Below, piece by piece: positions 53,928 to 62,892 of a stretch of DNA of 64,000 nucleotides (its first letter is position 1; every line of letters starts with the position of its first letter). The DNA comes from Alphaproteobacteria bacterium. Lineage in GTDB: Bacteria; Pseudomonadota; Alphaproteobacteria; G965222575. Both the position numbers and the translations under genes were made by a program. Location of the stretch: the NCBI GenBank assembly GCA_965222575.1, contig OZ244958.1, forward strand, positions 256,001 through 320,000, read 5' to 3'. A model generated the notes under the pieces. That model saw only the letters and a list, made by a program, of their open reading frames with translations. It ran no database searches and was not told the origin of the DNA.

Positions 53928-53956
53928 TTGACAAAGGATTGGAAATTGCTTATACT
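53928..53956 (+). promoter_or_regulatory. Near-consensus sigma70 promoter
   Basis: TTGACA-17 nt-TATACT upstream of 54007. Confidence 0.8.
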
Positions 53957-54006
53957 CTAAAAAGATTTGAAAATGTGGTATATTAATAAAATAAGGATAT
54001 AAAAAA

Positions 54007-54342
54007 ATGAATTTATTAGATAAGATAGGAAAGAGGCTAAAAATAGAAGATCTGAAAGGGCTTCCAGACGATCTCAGGATTCAGTTAAATTTTGCTAGGA
54101 AGATTCCATTATCTGATGAGATTACTCATATCATAGATAGTAGGTATCAAGGGGCAGCAGATATTGATGAAATAATTTATGAATTTTATAAGAGGAAGCA
54201 AAAAATCATACAGCGCAAGGACTTCTATAAAATTATAAACAATATGCTGAAAAATAACATGATTTATAGAGTTAAAGGCAGAAGAGGAGTTTATTGCACA
54301 AGTGAAGGGAAAAAAATATGTGAAAACGAAATAGAATCATGA
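54007..54342 (+). CDS. Small basic protein, probable winged-helix DNA-binding domain
   Basis: Helical pattern ending IYRVKGRRGVY; RBS and promoter present. Confidence 0.6.
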   Translation: MNLLDKIGKRLKIEDLKGLPDDLRIQLNFARKIPLSDEITHIIDSRYQGAADIDEIIYEFYKRKQKIIQRKDFYKIINNMLKNNMIYRVKGRRGVYCTSEGKKICENEIES

Positions 54343-54385
54343 AGAATGGACTATAAATATAGTACTCTAATTTTAGGTAGGTTGT

Positions 54386-56197
54386 ATGAAGCTCATTAAA
54401 TTCCGGATACAAAACTATAAATCTATCAAGGACTCTGGGTGGTGCGACCTTGACTCTGATTTAATAGTACTTGCAGGTAAAAATGAGTCTGGGAAAACTT
54501 CAATTCTTGAGGCTCTACGGGATTTTAATACTAACGTTGAGAATCTGGAGGATGCACAGCCAATTGATAATAATGATGATAAACCTAAAATTACAATGTG
54601 TTTTGAGGTTAAAAAGCCGTTATTAGATGCAATTGCTAAGGAAGGAGATTTGAAAATCACTCGTGAGGTACGAGGTTATATATCAAAAAATCCTGTAACT
54701 ATTTCGAAATTTCATGATGGCGAGTATTGTATGAACGAAGAGCTTAATACTCTTCTTAATAAGGAAGAATTGAAAGAGCAGAAAGACGAAACACAAAAGC
54801 TTTCCAATATACTGAAAAGCTTGGATTTTTATGAAGAACTAGAAATTCCTTCTTTACAAGGTATTACTACCTCTGAAGAACTCAAAGAGTGCATTAGCAA
54901 AATCAGAGGAAAATTAGAAGAGTACTCTTTTAACGAAAAAGATACAATTATTAAAAAGCTAGAAACTATCACTAATGCATTACAAATAGATAGTATCTCA
55001 AGTAAATTCCTACAAAAGCTAAAAGAGAAAATCCCAAACTTTATACTCTTTACCAGTTTTTCAGATCTTTTGCCTTATGAAGTACCATTTAGTGAAATAA
55101 AAAATCACAAGGCAATAAAATATTTTGAGACAATAGCTAATCTTGATTTAGAGAAGATTGGTCAAGAAAGTGATTCACAAAAACGTTCTATTCAATTAGC
55201 AAAAGCAGCAGCAAAAATTACAGGTAACTTTCATGACTATTACAAGCAAAATAAAATTGATCTTTCTGTTGTCCCAAATGGAGAGAAGATATGCTTTTGG
55301 GTGAAGGATAGTAACTCTACTACACTGTTCAAAATAGAGCAAAGAAGTAAAGGCTTTCAATGGTTTTTATCTTTTTATCTATGCCTCAACGCAGAGTGTA
55401 GCGACAATGAAACAAGCGTCATTTTGATTGATGAACCTGATTTGCATCTCCATGCTAAGGCACAACAAGATGTATTGAAAGTACTAACTGACCTTTCAAA
55501 GAAATCTCAAGTCATATTTGGCACGCACTCACCCTATTTAATTGATGCAGAAAGACTTGATAGAGTGCGCCTAGTGGAGAAAAGAGTGCGCCTAGTTGAG
55601 AAAGATGAAGAAGAAGAAGGGACAAAAATTAATGGAATTCATAAAAATGCTGGTGCTGAAACACTAACACCTATCATAACAGCCATTGGACTTGATCTAT
55701 CACAATCCTTATCTTTTGAAAAGAGTAAAAAGCATGTATTACTTGAGGGGATATCTGACTATTATTACATGGAGGCCTTTCGAGAGCACTTGAATCTAAA
55801 GGTTGATCTAAGTTTTATTCCTTGTATAGGCGCCTCAAAGATACCTAATCTTGTGTCTTTATTAATAGGCTGGGGCTTCGACTATGCAGTAGTTTTAGAC
55901 AATGATAAAGCGGGAAAGACAGTTGAGAAAAAACTAAAAACAGGTATGATAATAGAGAAGAGAAAAATTATTTTTGTTGGGGAAGAAAATGACAACATTG
56001 AAGCATTGTTTTCAAAAAATGATAGAGAGCAGCATGATATTGAGTCAGACAAATCAAACAAAGCCTTAATAGCAAAAGAATTGCATGAGAAGGCTCTTAA
56101 AAATTCACTCTCTGTATCAAACGAAACAAAATCTGCTTTCAAAAAACTCTTTGAAAAAATTGAAGACGCCTTTCAAGAAAAAAACTCCTCCAATTAG
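54386..56197 (+). CDS. OLD-like ABC ATPase-TOPRIM nuclease
   Basis: IQNYKSI, GKNESGKT, RSKGFQWF, LIDEPDLHLH, THSPYLI, LLEGISD, LDNDKAG. Confidence 0.85.
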   Translation: MKLIKFRIQNYKSIKDSGWCDLDSDLIVLAGKNESGKTSILEALRDFNTNVENLEDAQPIDNNDDKPKITMCFEVKKPLLDAIAKEGDLKITREVRGYISKNPVTISKFHDGEYCMNEELNTLLNKEELKEQKDETQKLSNILKSLDFYEELEIPSLQGITTSEELKECISKIRGKLEEYSFNEKDTIIKKLETITNALQIDSISSKFLQKLKEKIPNFILFTSFSDLLPYEVPFSEIKNHKAIKYFETIANLDLEKIGQESDSQKRSIQLAKAAAKITGNFHDYYKQNKIDLSVVPNGEKICFWVKDSNSTTLFKIEQRSKGFQWFLSFYLCLNAECSDNETSVILIDEPDLHLHAKAQQDVLKVLTDLSKKSQVIFGTHSPYLIDAERLDRVRLVEKRVRLVEKDEEEEGTKINGIHKNAGAETLTPIITAIGLDLSQSLSFEKSKKHVLLEGISDYYYMEAFREHLNLKVDLSFIPCIGASKIPNLVSLLIGWGFDYAVVLDNDKAGKTVEKKLKTGMIIEKRKIIFVGEENDNIEALFSKNDREQHDIESDKSNKALIAKELHEKALKNSLSVSNETKSAFKKLFEKIEDAFQEKNSSN

Positions 56198-56404
56198 GGG
56201 TATCGTTCTCCTTTATAGTGAAGGATAGTCCAATCCCTTTACTTAGCACTCCACATTTATAACTTATTAATTGATTACCTGAATTGATATTCAATTATAG
56301 TGTATTTCCTCTTGATGTTGAAATCCCTGTAGTCTCTTCCTTCTATTTGAAAACTTCCCTGTGTCCTAGTATCCTGAAGTGTAGGAAAGAAGAGGAGAGG
56401 AGGT

Positions 56405-56752
56405 ATGTTCACCCCTTATCAAGCAAAGAGTTATGCGTACGACTTGACGGCTAAGAAGACAGGCTCAGAGCGCCTATCAGCCTCTTTAATGGAAGCAGAG
56501 ATTGAGACCTCAACCCCCATCAGATTGGAGCGGCTCTCTTTGTCTTGCGCTCTCCGCTCTCCAAAGGCGTCATCCTAGCGGACGAAGTCGGTTTAGGAAA
56601 GACCATTGAAGCAGGCCTCGTCCTTTGCCAGTACTGGACAGAGAGCAAACGCCACCTTCTTGTGATATGCCCTGCCTCCTTACGCCAGTAGTGGGCTTTA
56701 GAGATGAAAAGACAAGTTCCATCTGCCTAGCGCTATCATTGAAGAGAAGACC
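56405..56752 (+). pseudogene. SNF2-family helicase 5' fragment
   Basis: Manual translation across frameshifts: DLNPHQI..SPLSKGVILADEVGLGKTIEAG..VICPASLRQ*W. Confidence 0.85.
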
Positions 56753-57128
56753 TCACTCCCCCGTCTCCCCTTTTTCTCCCGTCTCCCCCGTCTCCCCCTT
56801 ATCCCCATCTTTGCCATCAACCCCTTTGGTTTTAATCTCCGCTACCGCCTTTAACGCCTCCGCCGCCGCAAAAGCTGGAGATTTAGCGGCTATAAAAACA
56901 TTGATAGGGGAGGGGGCAAACATCAACGGGAGTTCTTTCGCTGACTCACCGCTGAAAAAAGCCATTGAGGGAGACCACAAGGAGGTAGTAGCGTTTCTAG
57001 TGGAGAAGGGGGCTGATGTGAATGCAAAGACCAAGGACGGCATAACACCGCTCCAGTTAGCCAAAAAAAGCGGCAATAAGGATATAATCAAAATCCTAGA
57101 AACAGCGCTCAATAAGACAGAAGATTAG
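56753..57128 (+). pseudogene. Chimera of antisense tail-fibre fragment (56753-56860) and 3' part of an ankyrin gene
   Basis: 56813-56860 identical to 27412-27459; remainder near-identical to 58372-58629. Confidence 0.85.
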
Positions 57129-57184
57129 TGCGTAAGCAGCTGTAGCTTGCCCAATATTTCAATAACGATACAAAGCCTTGGACG

Positions 57185-57285
57185 ATACAAAGCCTTGGAG
57201 GTTTTGTGGACACCAAGGCTTCGTATTTGATTACAAGGATACGATATATTTCGTTTCCATGTGACACGCCCGCGAAAGCGTGAAT
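57185..57285 (-). ncRNA. Candidate small RNA: degenerate I-C-like repeat (57253-57284), 26-nt linker, 14-bp hairpin
   Basis: TTGACA-17-TATCTT (57320-57292), then TTCACGCTTTCGCGGGCGTGTCACATGGAAAC. Confidence 0.6.
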
Positions 57286-57390
57286 ACCCCTAAGATATAA
57301 ACTTTTTCACTCGTTGTCAATAGACTCTAATTTAAGAGAAAAAACTCCTAACATTTGCATTCTCCCCACAAAAGCTATAGACTTTGATAA

Positions 57391-57486
57391 AAAAGACGGG
57401 ACAAGCCTTTTGTGCTAGAGGCTGACTATGAAGGAGAGGATATCTCTTTAGTAGGCCGCGTAGTAGCCAGCATGCGGGAGTGGTAA
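57391..57486 (+). pseudogene. Possible C-terminal remnant of an S24/LexA-type repressor
   Basis: ..EDISLVGRVVASMREW* resembles the S24 terminal strand; short match. Confidence 0.4.
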
Positions 57487-57519
57487 TCTCTATCCTAAAA
57501 CAAACTAAGATATCCCTTT

Positions 57520-58002
57520 ATGGCTTATAAAAAATGTCCAAACTGCTCAGAATTTAAGTTTAACGGCTTTATTTGTAAAAATTGTAAGTACAAATCGCCG
57601 CTAAAGAAAAAAACCGATATAATAGCCTTTGGCTTTCTTGCTATTTTTCTTCTAGGCATTTTCATTTTGGGAAAAGACGAACAGGCTAGCAAAGACGAAC
57701 AGGCTAGCTTGGAAGAGTCTGAAAAGCAGATAACTCTTGAGGATATCAAATAGGATGTGTATTTCAGAGCAAGAGACTCCATGAAAGAAGTAATAAAGGC
57801 ACCATCAACAGCAAAATTCGCTAGCTATTCTGATAGTACCATAGTAACCGATGGAGGATGGCCTGTAGTAACTGTTAGTGTTATCTCATATGTTGATGCG
57901 CAAAATTCCTTTGGCGCTATGCTCCGACAGAACTTCAAAGTTATAGTCTCTTATAACTATAACACTGATAAATATACCCTTCTTGATTACTCTCTTTATT
58001 AA
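57520..58002 (+). pseudogene. Zinc-ribbon + TM + YVDAQNSFGA-motif protein split by an in-frame TAG (57751-57753)
   Basis: Two track ORFs in the same frame separated by TAG GAT. Confidence 0.7.
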
Positions 58003-58227
58003 AATCCAATTACAGGCACATCTGGGGCGTGACTTTTCCCCGGCTAGCCTGCTCTTCTGTGAAGTCTTGATTTTGTTTTTCTTGTCTCTCAAGAGATAAA
58101 AAATCTACAAACCTTTATTTTCTGGGCGGGGGAAAATTGCAAATGTTTATTTTCCGAGAGCTCTTTTTGATGTTCCGCCTATAAGGGGGTATAAACCAAG
58201 TTAAAATAAGGGTTTATACGCGGTTAG

Positions 58228-58629
58228 ATGCCCTTAGATGCCTTTACAAGCCTTTATTTGTTTTTACACCCTGCTAAGGCAGGAATTTTAGACTCACTGC
58301 TCAAACAAATCGTCAAAGAGCAAACGGGTATTGATATTGATAACCTTACCTCTGCAATCCAAGCGGCGGCTAAAAGTGGAGATTTAGCGGCTATAAAAAC
58401 ATTGATAGGGGAGGGGGCAAACATCAACGGGAGTTCATTCGCCGACTCACCGCTGAAAAAAGCCATTGAGGGAGACCACAAGGAGGTAGTAGCGTTTCTA
58501 GTGGAGAAGGGGGCTGATGTGAATACAAAGACCAAGGACGGCTTAACACCGCTTCAGTTAGCGGTTAAAGGAGGCAATAAGGATATAATCAAAATCCTAG
58601 AAACAGCGCTCAATAAGACAGAAGATTAG
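58228..58629 (+). CDS. Short ankyrin repeat protein, signal peptide apparently eroded
   Basis: Paralog of 46650-47075 from HP.KAG onward. Confidence 0.8.
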   Translation: MPLDAFTSLYLFLHPAKAGILDSLLKQIVKEQTGIDIDNLTSAIQAAAKSGDLAAIKTLIGEGANINGSSFADSPLKKAIEGDHKEVVAFLVEKGADVNTKTKDGLTPLQLAVKGGNKDIIKILETALNKTED

Positions 58630-58657
58630 TGCGTAAGCTGTAGCTTGTCCAATAACG

Positions 58658-58758
58658 ATACAAAGCCTTGGAGGTTTTAGCGCCACCAAGGCTTCGTATT
58701 TGATTACAAGGATACGATATATTTCGTTTCCATGTGACACGCCCGCGAAAGCGCGAAT
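58658..58758 (-). ncRNA. Second copy of candidate small RNA with I-C-like repeat (58726-58757)
   Basis: Same promoter (58793-58765); TTCGCGCTTTCGCGGGCGTGTCACATGGAAAC; same hairpin stem, different loop. Confidence 0.6.
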
Positions 58759-58955
58759 ACCCCTAAGATATAAACTTTTTCACTCGTTGTCAATACCTAG
58801 TCCAGTAGTGGGGGTATCTCGGCTTGTGCGCCTGCTCTAATTTTTTACCACAATTATTTCCCCAACTTGGCAAAAATTACCATTCGTAATTTCCCCAGTC
58901 CGCTCAGCTGTACCAATGCCTAATCACTCTTTACCCCTTATTTAACATGGTTTAC

Positions 58956-58989
58956 CTGTCCTAATCTGTCCTAATCTGTCCTAACCTGT
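58956..58989. repeat. 10-bp tandem repeat CTGTCCTAA(T/C) x3
   Basis: Directly visible, 50 bp from the tRNA-Met 3' end. Confidence 0.85.
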
Positions 58990-59039
58990 TTTTACATGCC
59001 TTTATTTCTTTTCACACAGATCATCCTACTCAAAAGCCC

Positions 59040-59113
59040 TAGCGGGAGAGGGACTTGAACCCCCGACACATGGATTATGATTCCACTGCTCTAACCAACT
59101 GAGCTATCCCGCC
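59040..59113 (-). tRNA. tRNA-Met(CAT), elongator type
   Basis: GGCGGGATAGCTCAGTTGGTTAGAGCA..GTGGAATCATAATCCAT..GGTTCAAGTCCC. Confidence 0.93.
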
Positions 59114-59229
59114 ATCACCTCCTTCTATTCTTCAAGATTTTTCCTCCCTTGACAAGATAGAATATCTCTTCACACGCCCCCTTGGACATGCTATCCTATC
59201 ACAATCAAAAAAAAAATAGAGAGAATAGC

Positions 59230-60252
59230 ATGGCTTCCACGAGAACTTCCGTACAAAAAAAAGACGCCAAAGATGCCTTAGAAAGCGTCTTAGAAAAAAT
59301 TAAAACCTCCTTCGGAAAAGGCACCATCATGCGTATGGGAGAAAATAAAGCCGAAGAAGTTGAAGCCATCTCCACCGGTAGCTTAGGCTTGGATATGGCG
59401 CTCGGAGTCGGCGGATTCCCAAAAGGAAGAGTCGTTGAAATCTATGGACCAGAATCCTCCGGAAAAACCACTCTAGCTCTACATTGTATAGCAGAATCTC
59501 AAAAAACCGGCGGAACATGCGCTTTTATCGACGCAGAACATGCTATTGACCCAATTTATGCCAAAAACTTAGGAGTAGATACAGACAATCTCCTAATCTC
59601 ACAACCCGATACAGGAGAACAAGGGCTACAAATCACAGAAAGCCTCGTTCAATCAGGCGTCGTAGACGTTATTGTCATCGATAGCGTTGCCGCTTTAATC
59701 CCAAAAGCAGAATTGACCGGCGAAATGGGGGGGAGTCACCCAGGCTTGCATGCCCGCCTCATGTCTCAGGCACTAAGAAAACTCACAGGCGTTATTCATA
59801 AATCCAAAACCCTGGTCATCTTCTTAAACCAATTGCGACAAAAAATCGGAGTCTACTACGGCGGCAACAATGAAGTCACAACAGGAGGAAATGCTTTGAA
59901 GTTTTATGCCTCTGTTCGTGTAGATATCCGCCGCAGAGAACCACTGAAAGAAGGAACCAAAGTGGTAGGAAATCGTACCAAAGTAAAATTGGTGAAAAAT
60001 AAAGTCGCTCCCCCGTTCAAAATCGTAGAGTTCGATATCTTCTATGGAAAAGGTATCCATAAAATACGAGAACTCTTAGACATCGGCCTCAACATCGGAG
60101 TCATTAAGAAATCTGGTGCCTATTTGTCCTATGGTGACAAAACCTTGGGGCATGGTATGACAAAAGCTACTCTGTTTTTGGAAAACGACCCTTCTCTAAC
60201 AGAGGATTTGAAAAAAGAAATTCAGGAGAAAATTACTTCAGAAAAACTCTAA
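59230..60252 (+). CDS. recA: Recombinase RecA
   Basis: [36 protein letters not shown]. Confidence 0.98.
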   Translation: MASTRTSVQKKDAKDALESVLEKIKTSFGKGTIMRMGENKAEEVEAISTGSLGLDMALGVGGFPKGRVVEIYGPESSGKTTLALHCIAESQKTGGTCAFIDAEHAIDPIYAKNLGVDTDNLLISQPDTGEQGLQITESLVQSGVVDVIVIDSVAALIPKAELTGEMGGSHPGLHARLMSQALRKLTGVIHKSKTLVIFLNQLRQKIGVYYGGNNEVTTGGNALKFYASVRVDIRRREPLKEGTKVVGNRTKVKLVKNKVAPPFKIVEFDIFYGKGIHKIRELLDIGLNIGVIKKSGAYLSYGDKTLGHGMTKATLFLENDPSLTEDLKKEIQEKITSEKL

Positions 60253-60257
60253 AAGGG

Positions 60258-60416
60258 ATGCTAGTGAACAAAAAAGAAAGAGCCCTTGCTCCTAAGGATA
60301 AAGCACTCAGAGAAAACTTGAAACGCCGTAAAAAACAACAGTCTAAAGCACTCCCTATTAAGAATCACGCATCAAGTTTAATCCTCAAAATGACACACCA
60401 CAAAAACGCATCATGA
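60258..60416 (+). CDS. Small basic protein upstream of murA
   Basis: 52 aa with ALRENLKRRK motif recalled from alphaproteobacterial murA loci; ATGA overlap. Confidence 0.65.
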   Translation: MLVNKKERALAPKDKALRENLKRRKKQQSKALPIKNHASSLILKMTHHKNAS

Positions 60417-61690
60417 CAGCTTTTGTCATGCAAGGAGGACACGCTCTCTTTGGACAAATTCCTATTAGCGGCGCTAAAAATGCCACCTTGCCCCTCCTCG
60501 CCGCCTCTTTTCTAACACATGAACCCTTTTCTCTCCTCCATGTGCCAAAACTCATAGACACAACAACTATGCTCGCTCTCCTCCGCGCCATGGGAGCTCA
60601 TATCAAGGAAGATTGGCAAAAAAAACTCCTCACTATCTCTACCGCTCATGTCAAAACCCTAGAACACAACCCCTCTTATGCCCCTCTCTTCCAGAAAATA
60701 CGCGCAAGTATCTTGTTGCTAGGACCACTGCTTGCGAGATTCTCAAAAGCTTATGCCATGATACCAGGGGGTTGTGCCATCGGCAAACGTCCTATTGATA
60801 TTCACCTAGAATGCCTCAAAAAAATGGGCGCAACCATTCAAGTGAATCAGCACCTCATACAAGCTTCTGCTCCAAAAGGATTGAAAGGAACACATATCCG
60901 CTTGCCCTTCCCTTCCGTAGGAGGAACAGAAAATCTCTTAATGGCCGCAACAGCCGCTAAAGGCGAAACTATTCTGGAAAATGTCGCTCTCGAACCAGAA
61001 ATCGATGACCTCATCACTTGCCTGAAATCTATGGGCGCTACTATCTCCAGACCAACAGCGAACACTCTCCTCATAAAAGGAGAAAAACCCTTATCCGGTA
61101 CAACTCACCACATTATGCCAGATAGAATAGAAGCCGGTACCTATTGTATCGCCGCCGCCATGACAAAAGGAGAAATTACACTCAAAGGCGCCAAAAGTCA
61201 GCACATGACTACCTTCCTATCGGCTCTCAAACAAGCAGGCGCTTCCATCACAGAAGGAGACAATACCCTCACAGTAAAACAACAAACAGAACTAAAAGCT
61301 CTCTCCATCACCACAGGCCCTTTCCCCGCTTTCCCCACAGACCTACAAGCCCAATTCCTAGCTATGATGACCCTAGCAAAAGGAACTAGCTGTATCAAAG
61401 AAACTGTCTTCGAAAATCGCTTCCTGCATGTCCAACAATTACAACGCCTCGGCGCCTCCATTACTATGGAGGGAAGAAAAGCTTACGTGAAAGGAGGCAC
61501 GCCTCTAACAGGCAATAAGGTAGAAGCCACAGACCTTAGAGCTTCTGTTTGCCTCGTATTAGCAGGACTATGCGCAAAAGGGCAAACCACCATTACCCAT
61601 ATCCATCACCTCGACAGAGGATATGAAGACCTAGAACATAAACTCTCCGCCTTAGGGGCCAATATCAAAAGAGTCTCAACTCCAGTGTGA
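60413..61690 (+). CDS. murA: UDP-N-acetylglucosamine 1-carboxyvinyltransferase
   Basis: SGAKNA, PGGCAIG.RPID.H, PDRIEAGT, FPTDLQAQ, DLRA, RGYE. Confidence 0.98.
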   Translation: MTAFVMQGGHALFGQIPISGAKNATLPLLAASFLTHEPFSLLHVPKLIDTTTMLALLRAMGAHIKEDWQKKLLTISTAHVKTLEHNPSYAPLFQKIRASILLLGPLLARFSKAYAMIPGGCAIGKRPIDIHLECLKKMGATIQVNQHLIQASAPKGLKGTHIRLPFPSVGGTENLLMAATAAKGETILENVALEPEIDDLITCLKSMGATISRPTANTLLIKGEKPLSGTTHHIMPDRIEAGTYCIAAAMTKGEITLKGAKSQHMTTFLSALKQAGASITEGDNTLTVKQQTELKALSITTGPFPAFPTDLQAQFLAMMTLAKGTSCIKETVFENRFLHVQQLQRLGASITMEGRKAYVKGGTPLTGNKVEATDLRASVCLVLAGLCAKGQTTITHIHHLDRGYEDLEHKLSALGANIKRVSTPV

Positions 61691-61778
61691 TTTCTTCACT
61701 TTTACAGGAATGGTAAGATTGATATCAATCTTTTTTATGTTATAATGGCTTTCCTGATACACAAGACAAAGACCATCA

Positions 61779-62114
61779 ATGAGTATTAGCACCCGTCTTT
61801 ATACCTTTTTTAAGGGGCAGTATCAGGGACAAGATGAAAAGGGCAACCGATATTATTGTCACCGCTATAATCTTAAAAAGCGGTGGGTCCTCTATAAAAC
61901 AGAGGTAGAAGCGTCTTGTGTACCCCCCCTTTGGAACGCTTGGCTACACGGCAATCAGGACGAGTTGCCCTCTCCTTACAAACCTCGGTGGTGGGAAAAA
62001 TCTTGGGTTGGAAACCAAACAGGAACTAAAAGGGCGTATTTCCCTAAAGACCCTCTTGCCTTCAAGAACCCTTTACTTTATACGCCATGGACTCCAGCTA
62101 ATAAGAAAAAATGA
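61779..62114 (+). CDS. NADH:ubiquinone oxidoreductase NDUFA12-like subunit
   Basis: GQDEKGNRYY, RWVLY, VPPLWNAWLH, NQTGT. Confidence 0.88.
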   Translation: MSISTRLYTFFKGQYQGQDEKGNRYYCHRYNLKKRWVLYKTEVEASCVPPLWNAWLHGNQDELPSPYKPRWWEKSWVGNQTGTKRAYFPKDPLAFKNPLLYTPWTPANKKK

Positions 62115-62554
62115 AGTCTAATGTCTTTGAAACCTTGATTGGCGCTGTTGTCTTAGTAAGCGCGGGCTGTTTTCTGTTTTTCGCTTACAGTGTAAGCGGT
62201 ATGAAAGTTTCTACCGACACCTACAAGCTACGAGCGCGCTTTCAAAATATAGGAACTGTCACACTCGGTAGTGATGTCAAAATCAGTGGTATCACTGTTG
62301 GTAAAGTGGTGAAACAAACATTAGACCCGCAAACTTTTCAAGCCATTCTCACCTTGGAAATAGAGAACGCTATTGACTTGCCTAGAGATAGCTCCGTTAC
62401 CATTTTAGCCTCAGGATTACTCGGAGGAGGCTATGTGAAGATAGACCCGGGAGGCGATGACCTTTTATTAAAAGAAGGGGAGCTCATTCTCTACACGCAA
62501 GATTATATCGGCTTTATCGATATACTAGGAAAACTTTTCTCCTTAGGAAAATGA
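62111..62554 (+). CDS. mlaD: MlaD/MCE domain protein
   Basis: ETLIGAVVL, GSDVKISG..VGKV, GLLGG.Y..IDPGG. Confidence 0.88.
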   Translation: MKSNVFETLIGAVVLVSAGCFLFFAYSVSGMKVSTDTYKLRARFQNIGTVTLGSDVKISGITVGKVVKQTLDPQTFQAILTLEIENAIDLPRDSSVTILASGLLGGGYVKIDPGGDDLLLKEGELILYTQDYIGFIDILGKLFSLGK

Positions 62555-62892
62555 TACGCCACACACTTTTGCTAGGAGTCGCTCTCTTTTCTATGGCGGC
62601 TCAAGGACAAGAGGTCACACTACAAATTCTCGATAAAGTCATTGGGAAAGCCTATCAGGTCACACTTAAAGAACAACAGTGGCAACAGGTAGGGGCTCTA
62701 CAAATCAGGGCGCGGCAATGTATACGATACCCCCGCCCAACACCTCAAGAAGCTGTCTTTCTTGAAATTAAAGACTCGTCTTCAGACTCCATGTTAGGGG
62801 AACGCTGGTTTTTTACCCAGCTCACAACAACCTTCTTTGACCATTCCGTCTATGATATCAGACCCCTTTCCTGTAAAACCTCTTCTCCTTAA
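62551..62892 (+). CDS. DUF2155 family protein
   Basis: LQILDKV.G, FLEI, W.F, DH.VYDI; follows mlaD. Confidence 0.75.
   Translation: MIRHTLLLGVALFSMAAQGQEVTLQILDKVIGKAYQVTLKEQQWQQVGALQIRARQCIRYPRPTPQEAVFLEIKDSSSDSMLGERWFFTQLTTTFFDHSVYDIRPLSCKTSSP

Larger units (their letters stand above)
56869..58795. repeat. About 430-450 bp direct repeat (56869-57322 and 58372-58795): ANK 3' end, hairpin, repeat-like unit, promoter
   Basis: Near-identical by eye. Confidence 0.9.
53604..59039. mobile_element. AT-rich island / collapsed prophage remnant abutting tRNA-Met 3' end
   Basis: Phage gene fragments, defence-like gene, ankyrin copies, terminal motif shared with the 26-47 kb element. Confidence 0.75.

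Noticed and set aside
56625-57128. 167-aa ORF as a genuine ankyrin protein
   Set aside because: Its N-terminal half is off-frame helicase and antisense tail-fibre DNA.
57751-57753. Alternative genetic code (TAG reassignment)
   Set aside because: TAG ends normal genes here (rpmJ, gyrB, rpsU); isolated cases fit pseudogenisation.
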